DNA from: an uncultured archaeon
GTDB taxonomy: Archaea > Thermoplasmatota > Thermoplasmata > Thermoplasmatales > Thermoplasmataceae
NCBI GenBank assembly: GCA_000965745.1
Contig: CP009479.1
Location: 320,001-384,000, forward strand
Direction: 5' to 3'
DNA length: 64,000 bases
Below the pieces are notes generated by a model. It was not told the origin of the DNA, did not search any database, and saw only the letters and a program-made list of their open reading frames with translations. How positions within the stretch are numbered: position 1 is the stretch's first letter; every line of letters starts with the position of its first letter. The translations under genes and the position numbers were made by a program. Below are positions 9,772 to 19,834 of the stretch, piece after piece.

Positions 9772-10314
9772 ATGACCTCTAATAAACCTAAATTCCTTCA
9801 CCTTCTATTTTTCTTTTTTGCTCTAGCATCAGTTGCCTTTATTCTCTATTATCAGGGTTATGTACTACGCCCCGTTTATTCCTCAGATTACTTCATCTTT
9901 TCGACACCCCGTATACTCAAGCTGTCGTTCCTATTGCCCTCAATACTGACTTTGTCGTTTTATCTTGAAATCTACTTGGGACTGTATGCATCTTTATTGA
10001 TTCTCTTGAAACATCATAGAGTAACATTCTTTTCGTTCTTCGTATCATTAATTTTGATTGATGTGATTACGTACCATCAATTTGAATATTTCTGGGGAAC
10101 TGCCTCGGGATATCAGGGTTTCCCACAAGGAGCGGGGTCTTGGCTAGTCCAGTATTATCATATATCTGGATACTATGCAGCCATTTTCAACGCTTCGTTT
10201 ATGATATCCATAGGAACTGCACTGGCCGGACTTGCTATTGGAATTAAATTGTTAATAGATAAATATAGAAAGGCACACACTGAGAAAGTCCCTGAAAAAT
10301 CTGGAAAAACATAA
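9772..10314 (+). CDS. Hypothetical membrane protein
   Basis: About four hydrophobic segments, 180 aa. Confidence 0.7.
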   Translation: MTSNKPKFLHLLFFFFALASVAFILYYQGYVLRPVYSSDYFIFSTPRILKLSFLLPSILTLSFYLEIYLGLYASLLILLKHHRVTFFSFFVSLILIDVITYHQFEYFWGTASGYQGFPQGAGSWLVQYYHISGYYAAIFNASFMISIGTALAGLAIGIKLLIDKYRKAHTEKVPEKSGKT

Positions 10315-10457
10315 GAAAACGACAACAATCGGAGAATACGGAGAGTTGAGACACTCTATTCTGTTAAGACAGATTGATTACGGCAAGGACCTTCTGTTGA
10401 AATTTTCGTTTTACTACATGAAAAATGCTTAATACGGCTAACCGTATATACGCCTGT

Positions 10458-10742
10458 ATGGTTAAGAAGAAAATAACCGTATCAATAGACAAACCTGTTG
10501 TTGACAGCGCTAAGTTGGCACTGTTGAAAAAAGGGAAAACAATGAGCGATTACATCGAAAGAACACTGAGATCACTCTCTACTTCAAGTATACTTAATGA
10601 TATTTGTGAAGAGCTCAACTTAAATTGCAGATATGTGACCGGAGAAGAAGTGGAGAGGCAAAGGCCCGATCTTACCGGGAAGGTACTGTCTGAAATGGAG
10701 GTCAGGGAGATGCGGGATGAGCGTAGCTCGCGTTTATCTTGA
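10458..10742 (+). CDS. RHH antitoxin
   Basis: MVKKKITVSIDKPVVDSAK...TMSDYIE. Inverted repeat ATACGG-CTAA-CCGTAT at 10432-10447 upstream. Confidence 0.8.
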   Translation: MVKKKITVSIDKPVVDSAKLALLKKGKTMSDYIERTLRSLSTSSILNDICEELNLNCRYVTGEEVERQRPDLTGKVLSEMEVREMRDERSSRLS

Positions 10743-11157
10743 TACCAGTATATTGGTTAAGAGATACATAAAAGAGGCTGACAGCGAAATAGCTGATGCT
10801 GTTTTCCATCAGGCACAGCGTGGAGAAGCAGTTATCTGTTCCTCAGAAATCAATCTTGGAGAAGCGGCAGTTGTTTTCGATAAATACTCAAGAAAAGTCG
10901 GGATTGATGCACGAGACCGCTTACAGACCATGTTGAGTGAGTTGAATTCTCTGGAAAGATCTTCTGCTTTTGAAATCTATCCGGTTAGTAGCCATATAAT
11001 CAGGAAATCAATTAGTACTTTACTGGAGCATCATATTTACATTGTGGATGCGGTTCAACTTGAAACGTGTGTTGAGGCAGAAGGAACAGTTTTCTTCACC
11101 GCAGACAGGGAATTAAAAGCAGTGGCTGAAAGAATTGGTTTAAAAACACAATTGTGA
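10717..11157 (+). CDS. vapC: VapC PIN-domain toxin
   Basis: VYLDTSILVKRY...E...DAVQLET...FFTADREL. Confidence 0.9.
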   Translation: MSVARVYLDTSILVKRYIKEADSEIADAVFHQAQRGEAVICSSEINLGEAAVVFDKYSRKVGIDARDRLQTMLSELNSLERSSAFEIYPVSSHIIRKSISTLLEHHIYIVDAVQLETCVEAEGTVFFTADRELKAVAERIGLKTQL

Positions 11158-11268
11158 TCTCCCGGAATAGTACATTGCAAGCGTTTTCAAAAGACCACCA
11201 TTTCTTGGAAATTAGTAAGTTTCACAGAGCACTTGTAATAATGAGGCCACAGACTTAGGTGCTGAGGT

Positions 11269-11455
11269 ACTCTTAATCCATAGGTCGGGGGTTCGAACCC
11301 CCTCGGACCCGCTTAATCCCAGTTTACTTGTGGGAGGACTTTCATTATGGGATTTTTGTGAGCTGGCAGAAAGGTATCCGTCTTTCACTTTGTATTGCGG
11401 GAGAATTTAGGATTAGGCTGGTTTGAATGTAATTTTTGTATTACAGGTAATACAG
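11269..11455 (+). repeat. att-like repeat copy 2: 3' half of tRNA-Lys(CTT) (11269-11313) plus conserved arm
   Basis: Constant 2655-bp offset to copy 1 at both ends; 2 mismatches in the 45-bp tRNA part. Confidence 0.9.
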
Positions 11456-11538
11456 GCAATATAATTTCGATGTGAAATTTTCGCGGAGTAATGGAAGTAG
11501 TTTGCCCATAATCTTTAATCCTATCAGAATAAACAAAT

Positions 11539-12039
11539 CTAAAGCGATTTCAGCATTGTTATTGCTGACTCACGAAATCCGGCTTTAGAGTAAAGGTTTC
11601 TAGCCACTGTATTAAGCGAATATACGTTTAGGAAAATTCTTGTTGCACCTTTGTTCTTGGCAAATGCCTCAATCTCAACTGTTGAATTCTTTACATAACC
11701 CTTTCCCCTTCGGTCTTCACCAATAAAAATATCCCAAAGGTATGCCTCTGTTGATCTCCTTTTCATTAGTTGCAACCAAAAAGAACCGATGCTATTGCTT
11801 TCCTTTACAGTGTGCATAAAATAGTGTCCTGGGGCCTTTATTCCATTAGTGACAAACTTTGTCAATTGCTGTTCCGCTTCTTGAAATGTAATGTCTGTGT
11901 CCATCATGCCTGCTTCCTGCATATGACCCATGCCTAAATTTACTATACGCTTCCAGTATTGAGGAAATTCATTCTCTCGAATCGGACTAAAATGAGCTAT
12001 GCAGGAATTATATTCGGAATATTCATAAATTTTGTCCAT
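11539..12039 (-). CDS. GNAT acetyltransferase
   Basis: YLWDIFIGEDRRGKGY...LNVYSLNTVARNLYSKAGF. Confidence 0.85.
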   Translation of the reverse strand: MDKIYEYSEYNSCIAHFSPIRENEFPQYWKRIVNLGMGHMQEAGMMDTDITFQEAEQQLTKFVTNGIKAPGHYFMHTVKESNSIGSFWLQLMKRRSTEAYLWDIFIGEDRRGKGYVKNSTVEIEAFAKNKGATRIFLNVYSLNTVARNLYSKAGFRESAITMLKSL

Positions 12040-12221
12040 TGTTCTGACTATAGTCTGTTAAAACCTGTCCAACCCCAGAGAATAACGGGTTAAATATAGA
12101 CTGTGCATTAATCTACTTGGTAAAAAGCAGCCTAAGAGAGGACCTATGAATAAAAGAGTCACATTTTTCTAGAATTTTATTACCCGAGCAAATTGTTACA
12201 TTTATGATTTTATACAGTGAT

Positions 12222-12536
12222 TTATGAGTTAAGGCTCTCTAACTTTTCCATGAGTTCTTCCAAAACAATGTCTTTCTTCTCTTTGCTCAAATGAAAAACC
12301 GTCTTGATTATAGTGTCACTCGTTATTGTGAAGATATAGTTCAGTTTGATTACACTATCTTGGGCAGCCCCTTCTCCCTTTGTGATTAGAACTCCTTTCA
12401 TTCGTAAATTTGTAGATATGCCCGCTATCACTATATTACCAAGTTCTTCAAACAACACCAGGGCTGGTCGAATTTTTGAGCCTTCGTTATCTGCGAAACG
12501 AACCCTGGTGATGATTACGTCTCCAGCTTTAGGCAT
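12222..12536 (-). CDS. mazF: MazF/PemK-family toxin
   Basis: GDVIITRVRFADNEGSKIRPALVL. Confidence 0.85.
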   Translation of the reverse strand: MPKAGDVIITRVRFADNEGSKIRPALVLFEELGNIVIAGISTNLRMKGVLITKGEGAAQDSVIKLNYIFTITSDTIIKTVFHLSKEKKDIVLEELMEKLESLNS

Positions 12537-12750
12537 TTTCCCAACCGCTGTAGTCTCCCTCGCTCCAGAGCTCTTTCATTTTAGTCTCCTGGGCCTTCTG
12601 TACAAAAATACCCAACTCTTGAGTTTCCTTTGCTTCAGTAATCAGCCTCAGTATAATCTCATTGTATGTTTCTCTAGGGTATCTTTTAACATTTTTGAGT
12701 GCCTGCACAACAGACTTCTTAAGCTGTATGGTTGTTATCTCTTCCTTCAC
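12529..12750 (-). CDS. Antitoxin partner of MazF
   Basis: TTIQLKKSVVQALK...RETYNEIILRL with acidic C-terminus LWSEGDYSGW; overlaps the toxin start. Confidence 0.8.
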   Translation of the reverse strand: MKEEITTIQLKKSVVQALKNVKRYPRETYNEIILRLITEAKETQELGIFVQKAQETKMKELWSEGDYSGWENA

Positions 12751-12963
12751 TATATATCACCTATATGCAAACTATAGTATCTTATGTATTAGTAGTTTTT
12801 GTTTCTAATTCAACCGAGAACTAGCCCGATGTGATGAGTCAATAGCCTGGGTCGGAATGCATCTTTAAAAGAGTTTATCAACCTTTGGAGCCGCGGCACA
12901 AACCATTTATTCTTCCTGTAAACACAACTTTTATAAATTTACGTCAGTGGGTACGGTATTACT

Positions 12964-13233
12964 ATGAGCTATAGGGCGCATATGTCAGATGGGGAAGCCA
13001 GTTTAAGGAGAGAATGGCACTAAAGGGCATATCTGAAAATGGAAAACCAGAAAACCATTCGCAGACAGTACCTCGGGAGAAAATTGGTGGTTCCAAAAGA
13101 AGTCATGCCCCCGGCTTGGATGAGCAAACTTCTAGGCAAGACCATTCTGGAGGAAGTGAAGGAGAATGATCGGGTCCTTGACATGGGTACTGGAAGTGGC
13201 ATCAATGCCATACTGGCTGGCTTCAATAATTAA
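12964..13233 (+). pseudogene. Class I SAM methyltransferase fragment
   Basis: ATG 12964, in-frame TAA at 13021, motif I VLDMGTGSG, then truncated. Confidence 0.7.
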
Positions 13234-13384
13234 GTTTGCTGTTACTAAGCCTGCCAACGGACTCCTTGAGGTATTGCATGTTGCATGCATTGAATTTCCT
13301 GCAGTGCTCTTCACATTTCTGCGCTATTGCAAGGGTTTCGTATACTGCCCCACATTCCTCGCACTTGAATAGAGATTGAACCAT
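13223..13384 (-). CDS. Small Zn-finger protein
   Basis: FKCEECG..Y...AQKCEEHC....C. Confidence 0.7.
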   Translation of the reverse strand: MVQSLFKCEECGAVYETLAIAQKCEEHCRKFNACNMQYLKESVGRLSNSKLNY

Positions 13385-13638
13385 ATTTTCCAAATGATAG
13401 ATCAATAGATATTTTTAACCATGCACGATAGAAATCAATCTGATCGCAGACAGATCGGCAGAGTGGAAAAAAGCTTCAAGGTGGGTTGGCCCGAGCAGGC
13501 GCAGGGTAAGGGCATCTTGTCTCAACAGGGTTTTTGGCAGAGGGCAATTTTTTTGCTTTGCATAGATGGTGTTCCATCAATTCAACTTACATATGATAGA
13601 GGAAGTGATGTTAACAGGTGTAATTTGGATTGCACTTT

Positions 13639-14394
13639 TCATTTCTCTGATGCAGTTTTCAAATAAGCCTTGAGGATCGAAAGTGTGGCAACGCAACCCC
13701 CGAAGAGGGAGAGAGTTTCGGATGAATCCGGGAATATGTCAAGTCGATTTGAAAGATAGTCCATTGCCTTCCTGTTAGCCTCAATCACTGCATCCTTTGC
13801 GCCGCTCATGTCATTTTTCAAAGCGCCATTTTCTGCGAGTTTTTCTATCCTTTCTTCTATCGATTTTCCTTCGACCTGATTCAATGCGTAATCAATAATC
13901 TTCCCAAGTACCAGGGCGCCTCCCAGGAACTGTCCGTTTTCAATTGCTTCTTTTGCCACCTCAATGTTCCTTCCATAACTGCTGTCGAGACCCTCACAGA
14001 TCTCTCTTGCTTCAGAGGCGAATTTGGCCAGACTGTTGTTCTCCTCTGTGGATAAGTTTGAGTTTGGTGCCCCCAGATAACCTAGGATCTTGTCACAGTC
14101 GACCATTATTTCCCTGAGGTAGCCCCTCACGGGGAGAGATTGGGGAACCTGATCAATCAGCAGATGCTCATCTGAAAGCTGCCCAATAGCAGAGTTGAAG
14201 TGGGCCAGCAGGGTTTTTGCCTGGGACAGGTAGTCCCTGAGGACCTCCAGATACCGGCTCCTGAGAGCCAGACTGCCACCCGAATTCTTGATCAGCCCAT
14301 GATCAACCCACGATATCCCGTCTCTTATGCTGGCAGCGTGCTCTTTGATGCTGCTGAACTCGTTGATTAGAGACCTTGTTTTTGCTTTATCCAC
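13639..14394 (-). CDS. Hypothetical protein with HEPN-like C-terminal helical domain
   Basis: AKEAIENGQFLGGALVLGKIIDY...EERIEKL pattern; the canonical RxxxxH is absent. Confidence 0.55.
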   Translation of the reverse strand: MDKAKTRSLINEFSSIKEHAASIRDGISWVDHGLIKNSGGSLALRSRYLEVLRDYLSQAKTLLAHFNSAIGQLSDEHLLIDQVPQSLPVRGYLREIMVDCDKILGYLGAPNSNLSTEENNSLAKFASEAREICEGLDSSYGRNIEVAKEAIENGQFLGGALVLGKIIDYALNQVEGKSIEERIEKLAENGALKNDMSGAKDAVIEANRKAMDYLSNRLDIFPDSSETLSLFGGCVATLSILKAYLKTASEK

Positions 14395-14764
14395 AGATCA
14401 ACCTGTTGGTATCAGCCAAATGGTATATCAAGAGTGGCACGTTGTTTTGATATTTCGCGAGTTCCTTCCCAACCGGTGCTTCGTGAATTTTATAATGCAA
14501 AGTGGTTTAGGTTGCAGCAAGGCAACACCCCATTATTGCACAGAAAGAGCGTTTCAATTGGCCGGCAGATCTGAATTCCGTCCATACGCCTGTGCATGGC
14601 GAGTATTCCTACAGAGAGCAATATGTGTGTAATTACGACTCCCTAATATATACAGCCACTCAATAAAAGTGATCCAATAAAGATAATCTGGGGAGGCAGG
14701 GGGTGAGGAGGTAAGGGATTAATTCTTGTGCGCGCATTTTTTCCATTTTTTGTAAGTTCCGTGG

Positions 14765-15356
14765 TTATTTCACTATCTTCATTTGCTTATTCTCTAAGAC
14801 CTCATCCGATTTTCTCACTTTTCCAAGAGCGTAAAACAGCCCCAAGAACACAATAGTCCATACCGAAAAGTCAATTAAGAATAACCTGAGAGACAGGATC
14901 AACACTGCGGAAAAAGTGTCTCCATACTCTAGAAAGTGAAACGGAAATCCTAATGAGTAAAATGCATTCAAGTTGATATAGCCTGGATAGCGTATAGGAG
15001 CTTCTGGGCTCAAAAGGGTAACAATTGCACCAAAAATTATTCCCTTAACTAACTATCACTTTTACATTTTTTATGTCCCGATTCTCAATGACAGTTAAGC
15101 AGCCTATCAGATATATGGTGGACCAGAAAAATATAGATAGGAACAGGCTTAATATTTTGACGTACGGGTTGAGGACCTGATAAGGGGGAAGGTCGAAGAA
15201 ATATGTAAGGTAAATCTTCGGGTATCCCGAGGTAAGATTGACTGGAGAATGTATTATTAAAGTGCTAATGACATACGAACTAATAGAAGCGAAGAACAGG
15301 AAAGAAAAAACTTCAAATTTTGAGGAGAATAGGCTATTTAAGCACATGTCGATCAT
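14765..15356 (-). CDS. Two small membrane ORFs (15045-15356, 14765-15013), possibly one frameshifted gene
   Basis: Both are hydrophobic with similar GYP/GFP loops; the second ORF lacks a good start. Confidence 0.45.
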
Positions 15357-15405
15357 CTAGCTGTTCTGAAACGTTATAGTGAAACTCTGATCGTCAGTTA
15401 ACACT

Positions 15406-15720
15406 CTAACTCCCCAAGATTTTGGGGAATAACTTCATCCCAATGACTTCTTCGATATCAGCGGCTTTCTTTGTCACCTCTGAGAGAATTCTCCTGGCTC
15501 CCATTGTTATCATATAGACCTTTGAAAGCTCCATCAGGACCCCGTTCACTGAATACTTTCCATTCATGGCTCTGTCCTTCAGGATGTTCAGGATCCTGTA
15601 CCTGATATACAGGGCAACCAGGATGGTGGGGAAATACCCCCGCACCGCATCGTCGTCCTGCAGGTATGTCTTGTCCTCCTCAAGGTCGTTCTTCATGATG
15701 TCGAATGCCTCCTCCACTTC
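15406..15720 (-). mobile_element. IS1634-like transposase C-terminal fragment
   Basis: EEAFDIMKNDLEEDKTYLQDDDAVRGYFPTILVAL...YSVNGVLMELSKV. Confidence 0.75.
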
Positions 15721-16149
15721 CTCAAGGATCTCAGGAGGAAGGTGCGAGATTCAGGAAGGAAGGATGAACTCGCTTCAGCACTGGATCTCATGAACTTCGC
15801 GTTCTTACAGACACCAGAGAATCTGGAAAAGCTGGGAAAGAATTCCAAGCCTGTAAAGAGGAAGGTCTCCGGAAAATCCGAGAAGGAGGCTACATTCATC
15901 CTCCTTGACCTTGTAAGGGGTCTCTATTCCGGCGATCCTCTCATAGGCAAATTCCTGAGGCAGGTGAGGAAGAACAGGGGGAGGTATTCCGGTACCTTGA
16001 AGATCCAATGGTCAACAGGACAAACAATGTTGCAGAGCACCATTTCTCTGTGAGATCTGAACTCCTGAAGATGAGGTTCAAGACCGATGATGGCCTGCTC
16101 ATGACATCATACTGGTACCACAGACTATCAACGGGGATTTGACAATCTC
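15721..16149 (+). mobile_element. C-terminal fragment of a Mutator/IS256-like transposase with terminal IR
   Basis: ASALDLMNFAFLQ resembles DMAKRLVKYMF of the left-edge transposase. Frameshifted RTNNVAEHHFSVRSELLKMRFKT. IR at 16128-16149. Confidence 0.65.
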
Positions 16150-16319
16150 GATTCCAGGCAAAGATTTTGACAATAATCCTGTTGCGCACATTTACGGTAT
16201 ACAAAAGAGGTGAACATTCTGAGGAAATCTCAGCAGCTCGCAGTTAGCGGAGGAATATTTGTGTTCTGCTATAGAGCCGTAGGGTGAGCATTTCGCTGGC
16301 AATGCATGTCATTAATCTT

Positions 16320-16760
16320 GTAATTGGATTAATGAGAAGCCCGGCCTCGTCGTGAAGAGAAAGAACAATGCAATCTCGAAGAGGCTGCACAGGATGGGTC
16401 GCATGATCCTCATGGGCAATTCGGAGATGCAGTGGAACGACATGCTTGACCTGTACCGCTCACGGGAGAGGGTGGAGAAAGGATTCCGAGACATGAAATC
16501 AGATCTTGAGGCACTTCCAATGGGCACGCACACAGATGAGACAATGCATGGATATCTCCTGGTGCAGTTTGTTGCACTCATCCTGGATCTGAGATGAGGA
16601 GGAGGATGCACGAGATGCTCATGGAGCTGAGAAAGCTCAGGGCGGTAAAGCAGGACGGCTCAAGGTTCCTCACATATATCTCAAAGAAACAGAGGGAAAT
16701 ATTTCAGGGCATGGGAATCAAGGAAGAATCCATTGTTATTAGCTGAGGCGGGAATTCAGG
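16320..16760 (+). mobile_element. IS1634-like transposase 3' fragment
   Basis: YRSRERVEKGFRDMKSDL...HTDETMHGYLLVQFVALIL, internal stop, ends ...GCGGGAATTCAGG. Confidence 0.75.
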
Positions 16761-16852
16761 ATAGTGATTATTTACGCCAGTGTTGTCAACTATTAACTCC
16801 TGATACTCTTCTATCTCAGACAGTTAGCGAGGAAAAAGTGAGAACTATTGCC

Positions 16853-17233
16853 TCACATTCCTCTTTCCTCTAAAAGCTCTTCTAATGCTTCTTTTCCAAA
16901 GAGTTCCTGGTATATTGATAGAAAACCAAGCAGTTTATCGGCAAGAGTTCTTTTGGTTTTTTCTTTATCGTTTACAAATTTTTTGTGTGCATTTTTGCCC
17001 TTTGGTGTAAGTTCATAATATACTCGGCCTGAGGCCCCATCTCTTGTAGATACGACAAGCCCACTATTTTCCATCCGTCTCAGAATTGGATAAACCGTTC
17101 CAAAGCTTATCTTGATGTGCCCCCTAGCCATTTTTTCTATTTGACCAGACAGTTCGTACCCATAGACCGGGCCATCTTTCATTAGCCACAGAAAGAGTGG
17201 CTGGTATATCTTAGAGGAGAATCCCTTAATCAA
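16853..17233 (-). CDS. PadR-family transcriptional regulator
   Basis: GPVYGYEL...ISFGTVYPILRRME..G...YYELTPKG. Confidence 0.9.
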   Translation of the reverse strand: MIKGFSSKIYQPLFLWLMKDGPVYGYELSGQIEKMARGHIKISFGTVYPILRRMENSGLVVSTRDGASGRVYYELTPKGKNAHKKFVNDKEKTKRTLADKLLGFLSIYQELFGKEALEELLEERGM

Positions 17234-17255
17234 GTTGATGACACCTCATTTCTGT

Positions 17256-17318
17256 TATATCGAATAGATATATTCATATATCGCGTAAGAATTGTTTCAG
17301 ATAGTATCGTATCGATAC
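17256..17318. promoter_or_regulatory. Candidate PadR operators (TATCG-N3-CGATA)
   Basis: TATATCG-AAT-AGATATA (17256-17272) and GTATCG-TAT-CGATAC (17304-17318) in the divergent promoter. Confidence 0.5.
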
Positions 17319-17344
17319 AATCAAAAGAAAGTGGATGAGATAGG

Positions 17345-18322
17345 ATGCGAATCATAACGCTTGAAGAACACTATGCCACTGGCGCACTGATGGCGAGCCA
17401 GCGACGAAACATGCAACAAGGTTCGAGCATGCCCATAGGATGGGACCCATCCAAGTTCATGAACAGGCTTTTAGACATCGGAGATTCGCGAATCACTGAA
17501 ATGGACGATGCTGGCATCGATGTGCAGGTTCTTTCCTCGGTTGGTGTAGAAGATATTGAGAATGAAGAGAAGGCATTGGAACTTGCGTGCTCGTCAAATG
17601 ATTATCTCGCGCTTGCAATCAAAAAACATCCTGCCCGTTTTGGAGGTTTCGCCATCCTACCAATGTCGACGCCACAAAAAGCAGCAGATGAGCTCGAACG
17701 AACTGTTAAGGAATATGGATTCAAGGGAGCCATGATTCTTGGCCACAGTCGTGGGCGCTATCTTGACGATAGATTCTTCTGGCCAGTACTTGAACGCGCC
17801 CAAGACCTTGATGTCCCACTCTACCTCCACCCCGCGGTTCCCCCGGACGCTGTAGTCAAAGCTAGCTATGTGGGCAATTATTCAGGAGAAGTGGCGAACA
17901 TACTTGCTGGCCCGGGATGGGGGTGGCACATCGATACTGCAACTCACATTCTTCGAATAATTCTGAGCGGAGCGTTTGATACTTATCCAAGACTTCAGCT
18001 AATCATTGGGCATCTAGGTGAAGCGCTTCCCTTTATGATGCCGAGAACTGATCATATGCTACCGGCCAAAATAACCAAGTTGAAACGCCCTGTTGGAGCA
18101 TACCTGCGCGAGAACGTTAACTATACTGTCAGCGGATTCAACTACACTGCCTCATTTCTGGACCTGTTTCTCCAGGTAGGATCTGATAGAATCATGTTTT
18201 CTACAGATTACCCTATTTGGTCCATGAAAGAAGCGCACGACTTTCTGGATCGATTACCCATAAGTCCGGGTGACAAAGAGCGAATCGCGCATAGTAACGC
18301 AGAGCGTCTACTGCAAATTTAG
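17345..18322 (+). CDS. Amidohydrolase_2 family (ACMSD/LigW-like non-oxidative decarboxylase)
   Basis: ITLEEH, LYLHP, GHLGEALPF and FSTDYP motifs. Confidence 0.9.
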   Translation: MRIITLEEHYATGALMASQRRNMQQGSSMPIGWDPSKFMNRLLDIGDSRITEMDDAGIDVQVLSSVGVEDIENEEKALELACSSNDYLALAIKKHPARFGGFAILPMSTPQKAADELERTVKEYGFKGAMILGHSRGRYLDDRFFWPVLERAQDLDVPLYLHPAVPPDAVVKASYVGNYSGEVANILAGPGWGWHIDTATHILRIILSGAFDTYPRLQLIIGHLGEALPFMMPRTDHMLPAKITKLKRPVGAYLRENVNYTVSGFNYTASFLDLFLQVGSDRIMFSTDYPIWSMKEAHDFLDRLPISPGDKERIAHSNAERLLQI

Positions 18323-18416
18323 GACTGTGATTTTATATGTGGAAAATAACTGAATTAAAGACAAGCCTTGTGGGAAAAGAGCCCGATAGGATGATCAACA
18401 GCCATGGGAGGTCTCT

Positions 18417-19307
18417 TTGATGATCCCCAAAAGATTTGATTATTACTCGCCCACCTCACTTCAGGAGGCTATCCAGCTACTTCATGAGAATACCGAGGCC
18501 AAGGTCCTGGCTGGAGGCCAAAGTCTCCTGCCAATGATGAAGCTTAGGATGTTTGAACCAAGCGCTCTCATCGATATATCCAGGCTTACAGACCTTTCCT
18601 ACATTCGAGATGAAGGTGAGTATCTAGCGATTGGCTCTCTGACAACTCACGATGTCGTCGAGCATGATGAAACAATCAAAGATAGGCTTACACTCCTCTA
18701 CGAAGCGGTCTACCGACTTGGCGACAAGCAGGTTCGGAACCTTGGGACGATTGGAGGGTCAGTCTGTCATGCAGATCCCGCAGCAGACCTCCCAACCGCA
18801 CTGCTTGTAGCGGACGTGAGTTTTGTAATGGAAGGAAAGAGCGGGAAACGGGTGGTGCCTGCGCGAGATTTCTTCCTAGACTTCTATACCACCGCTCTTG
18901 CGCATGACGAGATACTGACAGAGATACAAGTTCCATACCTCCCCCGGCGGTCGGGATCAGCTTACATAAAGCACAGCCTCCGAGAGGCTGATTTTGCAAT
19001 TGCAAACGTAGGCACAATTGTTACAATTGAAGAAGACGGAAAGACGTGCAGAGAAGCAAGAATAGGGCTGGGAACTGTCGGGACGACACCTCTGAGGTCT
19101 TCTCCGGCAGAGCAGTACCTGAAGGGGAGAGAATTTGACGAGACGAGTATTGCCGAGGCCGCGGAGAGATCGATCGAAGGTGTTGACCCACCGTCTGATG
19201 TACATGGAAGTGGAGAATACAGGTTGAAAATGATAAAGGTCATTACTAAGAGGGCACTTCGGCTGGCCTCGAGGAGGGCGGGAGCCAGGGGTGAGATTGC
19301 AAGATGA
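18417..19307 (+). CDS. Xanthine dehydrogenase family FAD subunit (CoxM/CutM-like)
   Basis: AGGQSLLPMMKLR, RNLGTIGGS..HADPAAD. Confidence 0.93.
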   Translation: MMIPKRFDYYSPTSLQEAIQLLHENTEAKVLAGGQSLLPMMKLRMFEPSALIDISRLTDLSYIRDEGEYLAIGSLTTHDVVEHDETIKDRLTLLYEAVYRLGDKQVRNLGTIGGSVCHADPAADLPTALLVADVSFVMEGKSGKRVVPARDFFLDFYTTALAHDEILTEIQVPYLPRRSGSAYIKHSLREADFAIANVGTIVTIEEDGKTCREARIGLGTVGTTPLRSSPAEQYLKGREFDETSIAEAAERSIEGVDPPSDVHGSGEYRLKMIKVITKRALRLASRRAGARGEIAR

Positions 19308-19834
19308 AAGGAAAAAATGTGAAAGTTGCGAGGGCAGATGAGTTGACAGAGGTGTCCATGAGGATAAACGGAAATGAGTACAGCGGTAATGTTGAGCCGA
19401 GGACTCTGCTGGTCTATTTCCTCCGGGACGAGCTGAATCTTACAGGAACCCACGTGGGGTGCGATACAGGCCACTGCGGTGCTTGCACCGTCATCATGAA
19501 CAGTAAAGCCGTAAAATCCTGCATGGTCCTTGCTGTTCGGGCAGACGGTTCTGATATACTGTCGGTCGAGGGGCTGGCCGAAGATGATAAGCTACACCCA
19601 ATCCAGGAGGCCTTCACGGAAAACCACGGTCTTCAGTGTGGTTACTGCACTCCCGGCCTTCTGATGTCTAGCCTTGCCCTATTGCAGGAAAATCCTGACC
19701 CGACTGAAGCGGACATTCGCAGAGGAATCGAGGGCAACCTCTGCAGGTGCACGGGCTATGTGAACATAGTAAAATCCATAAGGGCTGCTGCTAAAACATC
19801 AAAGAAAGGGGGGATGGAGGTAGAACTTCGATGA
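19304..19834 (+). CDS. Xanthine dehydrogenase family 2Fe-2S subunit (CoxS-like)
   Basis: GCDTGHCGAC, QCGYCTPG, GNLCRCTGY. Confidence 0.95.
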   Translation: MKGKNVKVARADELTEVSMRINGNEYSGNVEPRTLLVYFLRDELNLTGTHVGCDTGHCGACTVIMNSKAVKSCMVLAVRADGSDILSVEGLAEDDKLHPIQEAFTENHGLQCGYCTPGLLMSSLALLQENPDPTEADIRRGIEGNLCRCTGYVNIVKSIRAAAKTSKKGGMEVELR

